Origin: Candidatus Dormibacteria bacterium
GTDB taxonomy: Bacteria; Chloroflexota; Dormibacteria; Aeolococcales; Bog-877
Length of the DNA: 64,000 nucleotides
Direction of reading: 5' to 3'
Assembly (NCBI GenBank): GCA_050734515.1
Contig: JBOHUM010000029.1
Location: 8,513-72,512 of the forward strand
Shown here: positions 54,501-63,615 of the stretch, piece by piece
How the letters are laid out: every line of letters starts with the position of its first letter
Numbering within the stretch: position 1 is the first letter of the stretch
Made by a program: the position numbers and the translations under genes
Notes under the pieces: model-generated
Seen by the model: the letters and a program-made list of their open reading frames with translations, nothing else
Database searches by the model: none
What the model was told of the DNA's origin: nothing

Positions 54501-56660
54501 ATGCAGGACATTTCACTCAGCCCGCGCGAGCGGGCGTCCCGGCAGGCGGCGCTGGGCCGGCGAGCCGGGCTGCGGCGCAAGACCAAGGCGGGCTTCTGGA
54601 AGCGCCACCACTGGCTGCGCCAGGCCTCGACCGCGGTGCTGGTCGTGGTGCTGCTGGGCTCCGTCGCTGCCGGCGTCGGCATGATCGTGCTGGCCAGCTT
54701 CCAGGTGGGGCTGCCCAGCGTCGCCTCCCTCCCCTATCTGGGCCCTCCCCAGGACAGCCAGTTGCTGGCCAGCGACGGCAGCCTGCTGGCGGACCTGCAC
54801 GAGCCCGGGGTTCACCACGTCGCCGTCGGCCTCAGCCAGGTCAGTCGCTGGCTGAGCAAGGCGACGATCGCGGTCGAGGATCGCCACTTCTACCAGGACA
54901 CCGGCGCTGCCGACCTGCCTCGGATCCTGGAATCGGGGATCAAAGACCTGGTCAGCCACAGGGCCGTCCAGGGCGCCAGCACCATCACCGAGCAACTGGC
55001 CAAGAACTCCTTCTTAACTCCGGAGAAGACGATCACCCGCAAGATCCGCGAACTGCTTCTAGGTTACGAGATCGCCAAACTCTTCCCGCCCAAGCAGATC
55101 CTGCAGATGTACATCAATCGCATCAACTATGGCAACCAGGCGATCGGCATCGGCAGCGCTGCCCAGCTTTATTTCCACGTCCCCGCCAGCAAGCTGGACC
55201 TGGCCCAGGCGAGCATGCTGGCCGGGATCCCGGACGCGCCCACCGCCTACAACCCCCTCCTCTACCAGGGAGTGACGGGCAGCGCCAATTTCGCCAAGGA
55301 CCGCCAGCAGGTAGTGCTTCAGGCGATGGTCCGCAACGGTTACATCACCGATGCCCAGGCGGCGGCCGCCCTCAAGGAGCCCCTCACCTTCTACCCCTGG
55401 CAGGACAGCGAGACGGTTCAGGATCCCAACTTCGTCTCCTTCGCCGAGGGCCAGCTCCAGGCCAAGTTCGGCGACGCCTACCTCAACCCCGGGGGCTGGA
55501 CCATCTACACCTCGCTCAACCCCACCGACCAGTCGCTGGCGGTGGGCACGATGCAGAACCCCAGCTACGACGCCTACCTGCTCCAGGACTTCAACATCGG
55601 CGACGCCTCCCTGCTCTCGCTCGACCCCCGCAACGGGGAGATCCTGGCCATGGTGGGCACGACCAACCCCGCCGGCCAGTGGGGCCAGATCAACATGACC
55701 GACGAGCCGAGACAGCCGGGCTCCTCCTTCAAGATGTTCACCTACACCGCCGCCATCGCCTCGGGCAAGTTCACCATGACCACCCCGGTCCTGGACGCTC
55801 CGATTGACATCACCCAGGCCGGCGCTCCCCCCTACTCGCCGGCGAACTACGACCACCGCTTCCACGGCATCTGTCAAGTCCAGTCCTGCCTGGGCAACTC
55901 CATCAACGTGGCCGCGGTCAAGGTGGAGCTGATGACCGGCCTGCAGAACGTGGTCAACACCGCCGAGCGGATGGGGGTGAGCGACCTGCTCGACCCGGCC
56001 AACACCTACGGCGTCGCGCTGACCCTCGGCGGCCTGGGCTACGGGATCACGATGGTGCAGATGGCGACCGGCGCCTCGGTGCTGGCCAGCGGCGGGGTGC
56101 TGCACCAGCCCACCACCATCCTCAGGGTGACGAGCGGCAAGCGGACCCTCTATCAGTACAACGTCGCCGACAACTCGGTGCAGGTGATCCCCTCGGACGT
56201 CGCCTTCATCATGAACGCCATCCTCTCCAACGACAAAAACCGCCTCGCCGAGTTCGGCAGCAACAGCCACCTCACCCTCCCCGGCCGCCCGGTGTCGGCC
56301 AAGACCGGGACCTCCAACGGCATCAGCGCCAATGGCGGCATCGACCAGGAGGGGATCGGCGACAACTGGACCTTCGGCTGGACCCCGCAGATGCTGACCG
56401 CCACCTGGGTGGGCAACCCCGACAACCACGTGCTCTCGGCGGTGAGCTCCGGGATCACCGGGGCCGCCCCGCTCTGGCAGACCTACATGGAGGCGGCCCT
56501 CCAGGGTCAGCCGGTGTTGTGGTACGCCAAGCCCGCTGACCTCTACCAGGGTGGCAGCGGCGCCACCCCCGAGTACTACCTGCCCAACACCCTGACCAAC
56601 GCCCACCAGAACGTCAACTGCCCGGGAGCCTACAGGTCGGGCTGGAACGGCATCTGCTAG
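54501..56660 (+). CDS. ponA: class A penicillin-binding protein (transglycosylase + transpeptidase)
   Basis: N-terminal TM anchor. GT51 motifs (EDRHFYQ, GASTITEQL). Transpeptidase SxxK (SSFK), SxN (SINVA) and KTG (KTGTSN). Confidence 0.9.
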   Translation: MQDISLSPRERASRQAALGRRAGLRRKTKAGFWKRHHWLRQASTAVLVVVLLGSVAAGVGMIVLASFQVGLPSVASLPYLGPPQDSQLLASDGSLLADLHEPGVHHVAVGLSQVSRWLSKATIAVEDRHFYQDTGAADLPRILESGIKDLVSHRAVQGASTITEQLAKNSFLTPEKTITRKIRELLLGYEIAKLFPPKQILQMYINRINYGNQAIGIGSAAQLYFHVPASKLDLAQASMLAGIPDAPTAYNPLLYQGVTGSANFAKDRQQVVLQAMVRNGYITDAQAAAALKEPLTFYPWQDSETVQDPNFVSFAEGQLQAKFGDAYLNPGGWTIYTSLNPTDQSLAVGTMQNPSYDAYLLQDFNIGDASLLSLDPRNGEILAMVGTTNPAGQWGQINMTDEPRQPGSSFKMFTYTAAIASGKFTMTTPVLDAPIDITQAGAPPYSPANYDHRFHGICQVQSCLGNSINVAAVKVELMTGLQNVVNTAERMGVSDLLDPANTYGVALTLGGLGYGITMVQMATGASVLASGGVLHQPTTILRVTSGKRTLYQYNVADNSVQVIPSDVAFIMNAILSNDKNRLAEFGSNSHLTLPGRPVSAKTGTSNGISANGGIDQEGIGDNWTFGWTPQMLTATWVGNPDNHVLSAVSSGITGAAPLWQTYMEAALQGQPVLWYAKPADLYQGGSGATPEYYLPNTLTNAHQNVNCPGAYRSGWNGIC

Positions 56661-56709
56661 CCCAGACCGCCGCCCCGAGGCCGCCCGGCGAGTCGGGCCC
56701 GGCCCGAGA

Positions 56710-57354
56710 TCAGCCGGGGCTGGTCCCCGGGAGCTGGCTCTGAATCCAGCGGTCGATGGTGTCGTCCGACTCCCAGGAGGTGATCAGGGAGTAACGCGGC
56801 TCCGGGCCGGGGTGGTGGACGACGTGGAAGAGGCGCTCGGTGTCGATCACCAGCTGCATCCCGGGGTGGAGGCGAATGCGGGTCTCGGTGGAGGGGTCGT
56901 CCTTGAGGTCGCGCAGGATGAAGGTGGACTTGCCCGGGCTGTCGGCCAGCTCCAGCCAGGCCCGGACCACCCAGCCGGCGCCGTCCGGGTTGAGGCGGTT
57001 GTTGTCGTCGGGGTGGAGCTGGCGCAGGGCAAACTCCTCATCGGCGGGGTTGAGCTTGATCACCCGCACCCGCCCGAAGTTGCCGCCGACCGCCTCGACG
57101 TAGCGAACCAGGCTGGGGGCGATCTGGCGGTTCTCGGTCCAGACCCCGAACTTGTCGGGCTTGCCGTGCTCCCAGAACCCGTGGCACTCCATGTCGCCAT
57201 TGGCCGACGCCAGGGGGGCGAAGTTGGTGTCGCCCCCGCTCTTCCAGTCGACGTAGTCCAGGCGCTCCCACTCCTCGGTGGGGATGGGGGGCCCGTCGTA
57301 ATCCCGGAGGACGACGAAGCCCTTCTCGGCCAGGATGTCGAGCTTGCGATGCAT
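56710..57354 (-). CDS. aspartyl/asparaginyl beta-hydroxylase-like cupin family protein
   Basis: HPDDNNRLNPDGAGWVVRAWLEL … LHPGMQLVIDTERLFHVVHHPGPEPRYSLI resembles the Asp_Arg_Hydrox double-stranded beta-helix with His motifs. Confidence 0.5.
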   Translation of the reverse strand: MHRKLDILAEKGFVVLRDYDGPPIPTEEWERLDYVDWKSGGDTNFAPLASANGDMECHGFWEHGKPDKFGVWTENRQIAPSLVRYVEAVGGNFGRVRVIKLNPADEEFALRQLHPDDNNRLNPDGAGWVVRAWLELADSPGKSTFILRDLKDDPSTETRIRLHPGMQLVIDTERLFHVVHHPGPEPRYSLITSWESDDTIDRWIQSQLPGTSPG

Positions 57355-57459
57355 GCGGTCCTCCTCGGGGGTGAGCGGCAGCGCAGGTGAAGCTGCGGCG
57401 CAGATCATGCTATCGGCTCAAATCGGAGATCGTCCACCGCCATATGGGCGGCGGCGACC

Positions 57460-58455
57460 TCAGCGGCCGGGCCCCGCGCCGGGGACCTCCACCGGCGCCA
57501 GCACCGCCGCCGCCAACTGCTCCACCCCATCGGCGGAGACCGAGTCGGGAAAGTAGCAGATGGCCTCTTGGACGCCGAGGTCGAGGTACTCCTGGAGCTG
57601 CTGAGCACAGGACTGGGCGCTGCCCACCAGCCGCCGGGCCCGGTAGGCGGCGGCGCTCTCGCCGCGGCGGTTGTAGCGCTCGACCATCAGATCGGCCGCG
57701 GCATCACTGTCAGCCACCAGGCAGTCCAGAACCACCGCCACCCGGACGCTGCCCAGCCGGCGGCCGGCGGCCTGGCAATGATCGGCCAGCACCTGCAGCT
57801 TGCGCGCCACCCGGGCCGGCGGCCCGAAGAGGCTGCAGCCATCGGCATGGCGGGCGACCTGCCAGAGCGTGAGCCGATCCCCCCCGCCGGCGATCCAGAT
57901 CGGCGGAGCCGGCCGCTGCAGCGGCTTGGGGTAGATCAGGGCGTCCTCGACCACGGTGTAGCGGCCTTCGAAGCTGGTGTGGGGGTGTGACCAGCAGGCG
58001 CGGAGGAGCTCCGCCGCCTCGCCGCAGGCGAAGATGCGCTCCCGGAGGGGGGGAACCGAGATGCCAAAGGCGCGGGCCTCGCCGGCGTCCGAGCCCGCCC
58101 CCAGACCAACCTCCAGGCGTCCCTGGCTCATGGTGTCGAGGCACGCCAGTTGGTGGGCGAGGCGGGCCGGGTGATGCAGGGGGACGGCCAGGCACATGGG
58201 CCCCAGCCGGGCTGTGCTGGTCGCCCAGGCCAGAGTGGCCAGCAGGAGCAGGGGGTCAAATACGGGGTCGGGCGGCTCCCGGCTCAAGGACTGGAGGTGC
58301 TCGTAGACCCAGATCGACTCATAACCGCTCCGCTCGGCGCGGCGGGCGACGTCGATCGAGGCCTGCCAGCGCCGGGCCTCGGGCAGCGAGTCGGGAAGGT
58401 CACCCCGCCAACCCTGGGGAGCAAAGCACCCCAGCCTGAACCCGGAGCCGCTCAT
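57460..58455 (-). CDS. LLM-class (luciferase-like) flavin/F420-dependent oxidoreductase
   Basis: TIM-barrel LLM signature (SGYESIWVYEHL, LGLGAGSD). Confidence 0.8.
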   Translation of the reverse strand: MSGSGFRLGCFAPQGWRGDLPDSLPEARRWQASIDVARRAERSGYESIWVYEHLQSLSREPPDPVFDPLLLLATLAWATSTARLGPMCLAVPLHHPARLAHQLACLDTMSQGRLEVGLGAGSDAGEARAFGISVPPLRERIFACGEAAELLRACWSHPHTSFEGRYTVVEDALIYPKPLQRPAPPIWIAGGGDRLTLWQVARHADGCSLFGPPARVARKLQVLADHCQAAGRRLGSVRVAVVLDCLVADSDAAADLMVERYNRRGESAAAYRARRLVGSAQSCAQQLQEYLDLGVQEAICYFPDSVSADGVEQLAAAVLAPVEVPGAGPGR

Positions 58456-58814
58456 GAGCCGACGGCGGCGGCGGGCCGGGGACGGACCCGGCGCGCCGGG
58501 CCCCAGAGGCTCTCCAGGTCGTAGTAGGCGCGCTCGCCCGGCAGGAAGACGTGAGCGATCACCGAGTCGAAGTCCAGGCAGGCCCAGGAGCCCTCCTCCA
58601 GCCCAGCCCGGGAGAGCGGGTGGACGCCGGAGCGCGCCGCCAGCTCCGACATGTGGTTGGCGATCGAGCGCACCTGGCGGTCGGTGTCGCCCTCGCAGAT
58701 GACGAAGTAGTCCGCCAGCGTGGTCCGACCCCGCAGGTCGATCCGCACCACCGCCCGAGCCTTGCGGGCGAGCGCCGCGTCGGCGATCACCCGGCTCAGC
58801 TGCAGCGGCGTCAC
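58452..58814 (-). CDS. rsfS: ribosome silencing factor RsfS (Iojap)
   Basis: 120 aa. DYFVICEGDTDRQVRSIANHM, then WACLDFDSVIAHVFLPGERAYYDLESLW. Confidence 0.85.
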   Translation of the reverse strand: MTPLQLSRVIADAALARKARAVVRIDLRGRTTLADYFVICEGDTDRQVRSIANHMSELAARSGVHPLSRAGLEEGSWACLDFDSVIAHVFLPGERAYYDLESLWGPARRVRPRPAAAVGS

Positions 58815-58845
58815 TGGCGCAGGATTATGCCATCCGCCTCGCGGC

Positions 58846-59508
58846 TCACCGATCGGGGCTCGGAGTGTAGCCGTACAGGCCTCGACGCGCGATGTACTCC
58901 AGCACCCGGGGAGTCACCAGCCCTGCACAGACGTCACCGCTGGCCAGCCGGCGGCGGATGGCGCTGGCATCGATGTCGGGGACCTCCAGGGAGATGGCGG
59001 TGGCGGCGGGAAGGGACAGTCCCAGGCGCCCCAGCCTTTCCAGTACCTGGCGGGCGGGGCTAACCGCACCCCGCCGGTCGAAGACCAGCAGTCGCACCTG
59101 GCGGAGCAAATCTTGCGGTCGGCGCCAGGTCGGCAGCCCGGCGGCGGCATCGGCCCCCAGCGCCAAGACCAGCTCGCGCTCGGGCCGGCGCCGGCGCATC
59201 TCGGTGATCGTCTCCACCGTGTACGACGGACCGGGCCGGTCCACCTCGAGGCGGGACAGGCTGACCCCGGAGTCGCCCAGCTCCTCCAGGGCGATTGCGG
59301 CCATGGCCGCCCGGTCGGCGGCGGGGGCGCTGGGGACAGGCCGGTGGCCGGGGACGCCAGCCGGCAGCAGCAGCAGGGGCAGGGAGGTGGCCCGGCGCAA
59401 GGCCCGGACCACCTCCAGGTGGCCGGCGTGAACGGGATCGAAGGTGCCGCCGAAGACGATCACCTCGGCGGCGGTGGCGGGCGTGACCCTAGGCGCGGCG
59501 TCGGCCAT
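58846..59508 (-). CDS. nadD: nicotinate-nucleotide adenylyltransferase
   Basis: Start MADAAPRV…IVFGGTFDPVHAGHLEV (the (H/T)xGH motif) and a late SxTxxR-like region. Overlaps the obg 3' end by 20 nt. Confidence 0.85.
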   Translation of the reverse strand: MADAAPRVTPATAAEVIVFGGTFDPVHAGHLEVVRALRRATSLPLLLLPAGVPGHRPVPSAPAADRAAMAAIALEELGDSGVSLSRLEVDRPGPSYTVETITEMRRRRPERELVLALGADAAAGLPTWRRPQDLLRQVRLLVFDRRGAVSPARQVLERLGRLGLSLPAATAISLEVPDIDASAIRRRLASGDVCAGLVTPRVLEYIARRGLYGYTPSPDR

Positions 59509-60796
59509 CAGCTGGGTCTGCGTCGGGGTAGAAGGTGAAAGTGGCGCCGCCGATCTCGACCTCGTCCTCCGAGGCCGCCCCGGCCCTGGCCAGGGCAGCC
59601 TCCACACCCAGGCGCCGCAGCCGGCGCTGGAGGCGCAGCACCGCCGCGTCATCGTCCAGGTCACTGGCGGCGACCAGCTCGTCCAGCCCCTCCCCGTCCA
59701 CCCGGAAGCGATCCCCGTCCCGGTGCACCTGGAACTGGCGGCTCAGGCCCCGCGGCCCCTGGTAGAGCCTGAATGCCGGCGTCGCGGCCGCCGCCCTCCC
59801 CGGGTTCGCCTCCTTGGCCAGCGCCGCCGCCGCGGCCAGCATCTCAGCGCAGCCCGCGCCGGTGGCTGCGGAGATGGCGCGCACCGGGACCGGTGCCAGG
59901 TGCTGGGCCACCCAGGCGCTGGCCCCGTCCGCGTCCTGGAGTAGATCGATCTTGTTCAGCGCCACGATCCGCGGTTCAGCTGCCAGCTCAGGGCTGTAGG
60001 CGGCGAGCTCAGCCGCGACCCGTTGGTACCCGGCGGCGGCGGCCTCCCGACCCTCGCTGAGATCGACAACGTGGATCAGGGCCCGGGTTCGGGACGCGTG
60101 CCGGAGAAACCCCAGCCCCAGCCCGGCGCCCCGATGGGCCCCCTCAATGAGCCCGGGCAGGTCCGCGATCGTCAGCACCCGGCCACGCCCCAGCTCCGCG
60201 ACCCCGAGATTGGGAGACAGGGTGGTGAACGGGTAGGCGGCCACCTGGGGCCGGGCGCCGGTCAACCTCCCGAGGAGCGTCGACTTGCCGGCGTTGGGGA
60301 GCCCGACCAGGCCCAGGTCGGCGATCAGGCGCAGCTCCAGCCGTATCCGGCGCTCCACCCGGGGACCGCCCAACTCGCGCCGTCGGGGCGCCTGGCGGCT
60401 GGGGCTGGCGAAGTGGATGTTGCCACGGCCCCCCCGGCCACCGGGCGCCAGCACCACCTCTGCGCTGGGGCGATCGAGGTCGGCCAGCAGGGCGCCGCTG
60501 CCGGCATCCCAGACCAGGGTCCCTGGTGGCACCGACAGGCGCCGACTGACGCCCTCGGCACCGTGGCGGCGGGCGCTGCCGCCCGCTCCCCCGTCGCCGG
60601 CGCGGTGGCTGCGCCGGGTCTGGTAGGCCTGCAGCGACCCCACCGCGGGGTCGGCGACCGCGACCACGTCACCGCCTCGGCCGCCGTCGCCGCCGTCCGG
60701 ACCTCCCCGGGGGACGAACTTCTCACGGCGCAGGCTGGCCGACCCGGAGCCGCCGCGCCCGGAGCTGACGCTGAGCTCGACCTCGTCGAGAAACAT
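59489..60796 (-). CDS. obg: GTPase Obg/CgtA
   Basis: N-terminal Gly-rich Obg fold (MFLDEVELSVSSGRGGSGSASLRREKFVPRGGPDGGDGGRGGDV). G1 GLPNAGKST, G3 DLPG, G4 NKID. Confidence 0.9.
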   Translation of the reverse strand: MFLDEVELSVSSGRGGSGSASLRREKFVPRGGPDGGDGGRGGDVVAVADPAVGSLQAYQTRRSHRAGDGGAGGSARRHGAEGVSRRLSVPPGTLVWDAGSGALLADLDRPSAEVVLAPGGRGGRGNIHFASPSRQAPRRRELGGPRVERRIRLELRLIADLGLVGLPNAGKSTLLGRLTGARPQVAAYPFTTLSPNLGVAELGRGRVLTIADLPGLIEGAHRGAGLGLGFLRHASRTRALIHVVDLSEGREAAAAGYQRVAAELAAYSPELAAEPRIVALNKIDLLQDADGASAWVAQHLAPVPVRAISAATGAGCAEMLAAAAALAKEANPGRAAAATPAFRLYQGPRGLSRQFQVHRDGDRFRVDGEGLDELVAASDLDDDAAVLRLQRRLRRLGVEAALARAGAASEDEVEIGGATFTFYPDADPADGRRRA

Positions 60797-60818
60797 TGGC
60801 CGCCAGCGTGCCCTGGGC

Positions 60819-61085
60819 TCAGCTCCCGCTGCTGGGGACGGCTATCGAGGCCTTGATGCGGTCGGTGCGGAAGCGCCGGTAGGCCACCACACCGTCCTGG
60901 AGGGCGAAGAGGGTGTGATCGCGACCCACGCCCACTCCGGGGCCGGGCAGGAGGCGCGTGCCCCGCTGGCGCACCAGAACCGCACCCGCCTGGACCGTCT
61001 GGCCGCCGAAGACCTTCACCCCCAGGCGTTGCGACTGGCTGTCGCGACCGTTGCGGCTGCTGCCGCCACCCTTTTTATGTGCCAT
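60819..61085 (-). CDS. rpmA: 50S ribosomal protein L27
   Basis: [28 protein letters not shown]…GRDHTLFAL. The start is taken at the internal ATG at 61085; the upstream track ORF is Pro/Arg-rich artefact. Confidence 0.9.
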   Translation of the reverse strand: MAHKKGGGSSRNGRDSQSQRLGVKVFGGQTVQAGAVLVRQRGTRLLPGPGVGVGRDHTLFALQDGVVAYRRFRTDRIKASIAVPSSGS

Positions 61086-61788
61086 CGTCTGACTTCCTGG
61101 GTCGCGACCCGGCGCGGCGCGCCGTCCCCGGGCCGGGAGGACCCTGCTCCGCCTTACCCCTGACCGACTTGGAAGCCCTCCGCTTGGGCGCCTCCGGCTG
61201 TGGGGGCGCCGCCGCCTTGGCCGGGGCGGGGTCGGCTGCCCTGGGGGAACGGCGCCTGGCCGGGGTCTCGGCCTTGCCCGGGGCCGGCTTGGCCGGCTCC
61301 GCAGGCCGGCGCGGGGCGGGAGCCGTCCCCGCGGTGGCGGTTCTGGCCGAACCAACGGCCGCCCGGGGACGGCGGGCACGGCCGGCGGGGGATGCAGCGG
61401 TGGCCGTCCGGGAGCGGGGCGCAGCCACCGCTTCCTTCGCCTCGGGGTCCGGGGCGTAGGCGCCCAGCCGGACCTCCTCGATCCTGAGCTCGGTGAGCTC
61501 CGCCCGGAAGCCCTGTCGGCGACGGTAGCGCTTCTTGGGCTTGTACTTGAAAACCAGGAGCTTGGGCCCGCGCAGGTGCCCGATCGCGCGGGCGGCCACC
61601 GAGACTCCCTCTAGCCGGGGCCGACCCACCTGGGTAGCCGCCTCCCCGTCACCCTCCTCGGCCACCAGCATGCGAACGTCGGCCAGCTGCACCCTGCTCC
61701 CCGGTTCCACAGCCATGCGGTCGACCACCAGGCGAACTCCCGGGGCGGCACGATACTGCCGCCCCCCCACCTGGACGATGGCGTACAT
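61075..61788 (-). CDS. rplU: 50S ribosomal protein L21 with ~135-aa basic Ala/Pro-rich C-terminal extension
   Basis: [17 protein letters not shown]…[16 protein letters not shown] is canonical L21. A low-complexity tail follows (…[71 protein letters not shown]…). The Shine-Dalgarno AGGAG lies upstream. Confidence 0.85.
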   Translation of the reverse strand: MYAIVQVGGRQYRAAPGVRLVVDRMAVEPGSRVQLADVRMLVAEEGDGEAATQVGRPRLEGVSVAARAIGHLRGPKLLVFKYKPKKRYRRRQGFRAELTELRIEEVRLGAYAPDPEAKEAVAAPRSRTATAASPAGRARRPRAAVGSARTATAGTAPAPRRPAEPAKPAPGKAETPARRRSPRAADPAPAKAAAPPQPEAPKRRASKSVRGKAEQGPPGPGTARRAGSRPRKSDDGT

Positions 61789-61925
61789 GGCAACTCCTGG
61801 AGCAAGGGCCCCGGCAGCAGCCAGGGGTCGCTGGCGAGACCACCGTGCCCGCGGCGCCGGGGTGGTCGCGTGCGCGAGTTTAGCAGAGCCAACTTGGGCT
61901 CAGATGGGCGTGGGCAGCTCCGAGC

Positions 61926-62813
61926 TCAGGAGGGTCCCGTCACCGAGACCGGCGCCAGCGAGCTGTAGTTCTGCAGCACCTGGACCTGGGTCGGGGAGTC
62001 AGTTCCCGCCACCAGGGAGGCGGAGCAGCTGTAGGTGCCGCGGGCGACGGTGTTCTGTACCCCGACCACGAACGCGAGCGAGAGGATCCCGGGGCCGCCC
62101 GAACCCTGACCGGGGATGTCGAACCCGGTCCAGATCGGAAGCTCGCTGCCCGGCGTGGGGTTGGTGGAGCCGCTGGTGCCGGCGTTCCCCGAGGTCGACT
62201 GGGTCGAGAGGTAGTCGAAGCCATCGGGCAGGGTCACACCGATCGACGCCTGAGAGGCGGCGCCACTGCCGGTGTTGGTGACCACCACGCGGTAGACCAA
62301 CTGTTCTCCGGCGGCGACCGTGCTCGGGCTGGCATGGAGCTGCAACCCCACCGCGGGCGCCGGGGAGATGGTCAGTGAGAGCGGCACGGCGTTGAGGGCG
62401 TTGACGTAGCCGGTGGCCAGAACCTCAGGCGTGAAGTCCGCCGAGGCCGGGGTGCCGCTGGCCTTGAGCTCGGCGGTGATCACCAGCTGCGACGGGTGGC
62501 CGGGCTCCCCGGGGCCCAAGGTCCAGGCCCCCCAGGTCAAGGTGCCGGCCCGGGTGCTGGGTACCACGTCGGCGGAGCGAACCGAGTTGCCGTTCTGGAT
62601 GCTGGTCGGGGTGCCGATGTAGGTGAAGCCACTGGGCACGTTGACCCGCACCGTCACCCCCGAGATGGTGGTCTGGCTGATGTTGGTGACGGTGATGCGC
62701 ACCAACACGTCGGTGGCCTGGGCCACAGTGGCGGTGCTGCTGGTGGCAGCCGAGGAGACGACCTTGCTGGTGACCTCCAGGCCGCCCAGGCGGTTGCTGC
62801 CGCAGCCGCTCAA
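61926..62813 (-). CDS. DUF11 (conserved repeat domain) surface/lipoprotein
   Basis: Two DUF11-type Ig-like repeats (VRITVTNISQTTISGVTVRVNVPSGFTYIG; YRVVVTNTGSGAASQASIGVTLPDGFDYLS). A lipobox LSGC sits at the annotated TTG start. A signal-peptide-like sequence continues in frame upstream without a canonical start codon. Confidence 0.55.
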   Translation of the reverse strand: MSGCGSNRLGGLEVTSKVVSSAATSSTATVAQATDVLVRITVTNISQTTISGVTVRVNVPSGFTYIGTPTSIQNGNSVRSADVVPSTRAGTLTWGAWTLGPGEPGHPSQLVITAELKASGTPASADFTPEVLATGYVNALNAVPLSLTISPAPAVGLQLHASPSTVAAGEQLVYRVVVTNTGSGAASQASIGVTLPDGFDYLSTQSTSGNAGTSGSTNPTPGSELPIWTGFDIPGQGSGGPGILSLAFVVGVQNTVARGTYSCSASLVAGTDSPTQVQVLQNYSSLAPVSVTGPS

Positions 62814-62881
62814 TCCGAGGATGGCGCCCAGCCCCAGGCTGGTTGAGCAGGCGACGGCCCCCCAGCCCCTCCAGGCCAGGG

Positions 62882-63556
62882 TCAGTGCCCACCCCCGGTC
62901 CGGTTGGCGCTGGCCAGCGGTCGCCGGGTGGTCGCTCCCCGACCCAGGGCCACCGACTGGTCCGGCGCGGTCGGGAGTGGACTGGGGTAGCCCACGTCCG
63001 TGAGCAGCCGCATCGCCAGCTGGCAGTCCAGCCCGATGACGGTGTCGGTGCGTCCGGCGATGGCGTCGACCAGCGAGCCGCCCAAGCCCTGGACGGCGTA
63101 GGACCCGGCCCGGTCCAGGGCTTCGCCGCCGGCCAGGTACTGCTCCAGCTCAGCGTCGCTGAAATGGCGCATCCGCACCTTGGAGCGGGAGACGCCGGTC
63201 GCCTCCCGGTGGGACTTTGAGCCCAGGGCACAGATCCCGGTCAGGACCACGTGGCGGCTGCCCCGCAGGGAGCGCAGCATCTGCCGCGCCCGCTCCACCG
63301 TTTGCGGCTTGCCCAAAGGCCCGTCCGGGCCTACCACCAAGGTGTCGGCGGCGAGCAGGAAGGCGTCCCGTGAGGAGATCAAAGCGAGGGCAGCGTGGAC
63401 CTTGACCCGGGCCACCAGCTGCACCGCCAGATCGGTGCACATGCCCGGGGCCAGGGTCTCGTCGGCATGGGGGCTGACCACCGAGAAGCGCAGGCCCAGC
63501 CGGTGGAGCAGCTCGCGGCGCCGGTCCGAGCTAGAGGCCAGAATCAGCTCAGGCAC
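62882..63556 (-). CDS. maf: Maf-like nucleoside triphosphate pyrophosphatase
   Basis: LILASSSDRRRELLHRLGL … GKPQTVERARQMLRSLRGSRHVVLTG … DTVIGLD (Maf fold motifs). Confidence 0.85.
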   Translation of the reverse strand: MPELILASSSDRRRELLHRLGLRFSVVSPHADETLAPGMCTDLAVQLVARVKVHAALALISSRDAFLLAADTLVVGPDGPLGKPQTVERARQMLRSLRGSRHVVLTGICALGSKSHREATGVSRSKVRMRHFSDAELEQYLAGGEALDRAGSYAVQGLGGSLVDAIAGRTDTVIGLDCQLAMRLLTDVGYPSPLPTAPDQSVALGRGATTRRPLASANRTGGGH

Positions 63557-63615
63557 TGCCTAACCCGCCCCGTCCCGGAGCCGGACAGGGGCGGGCTCAT
63601 TCCTGGGCAGGACCT

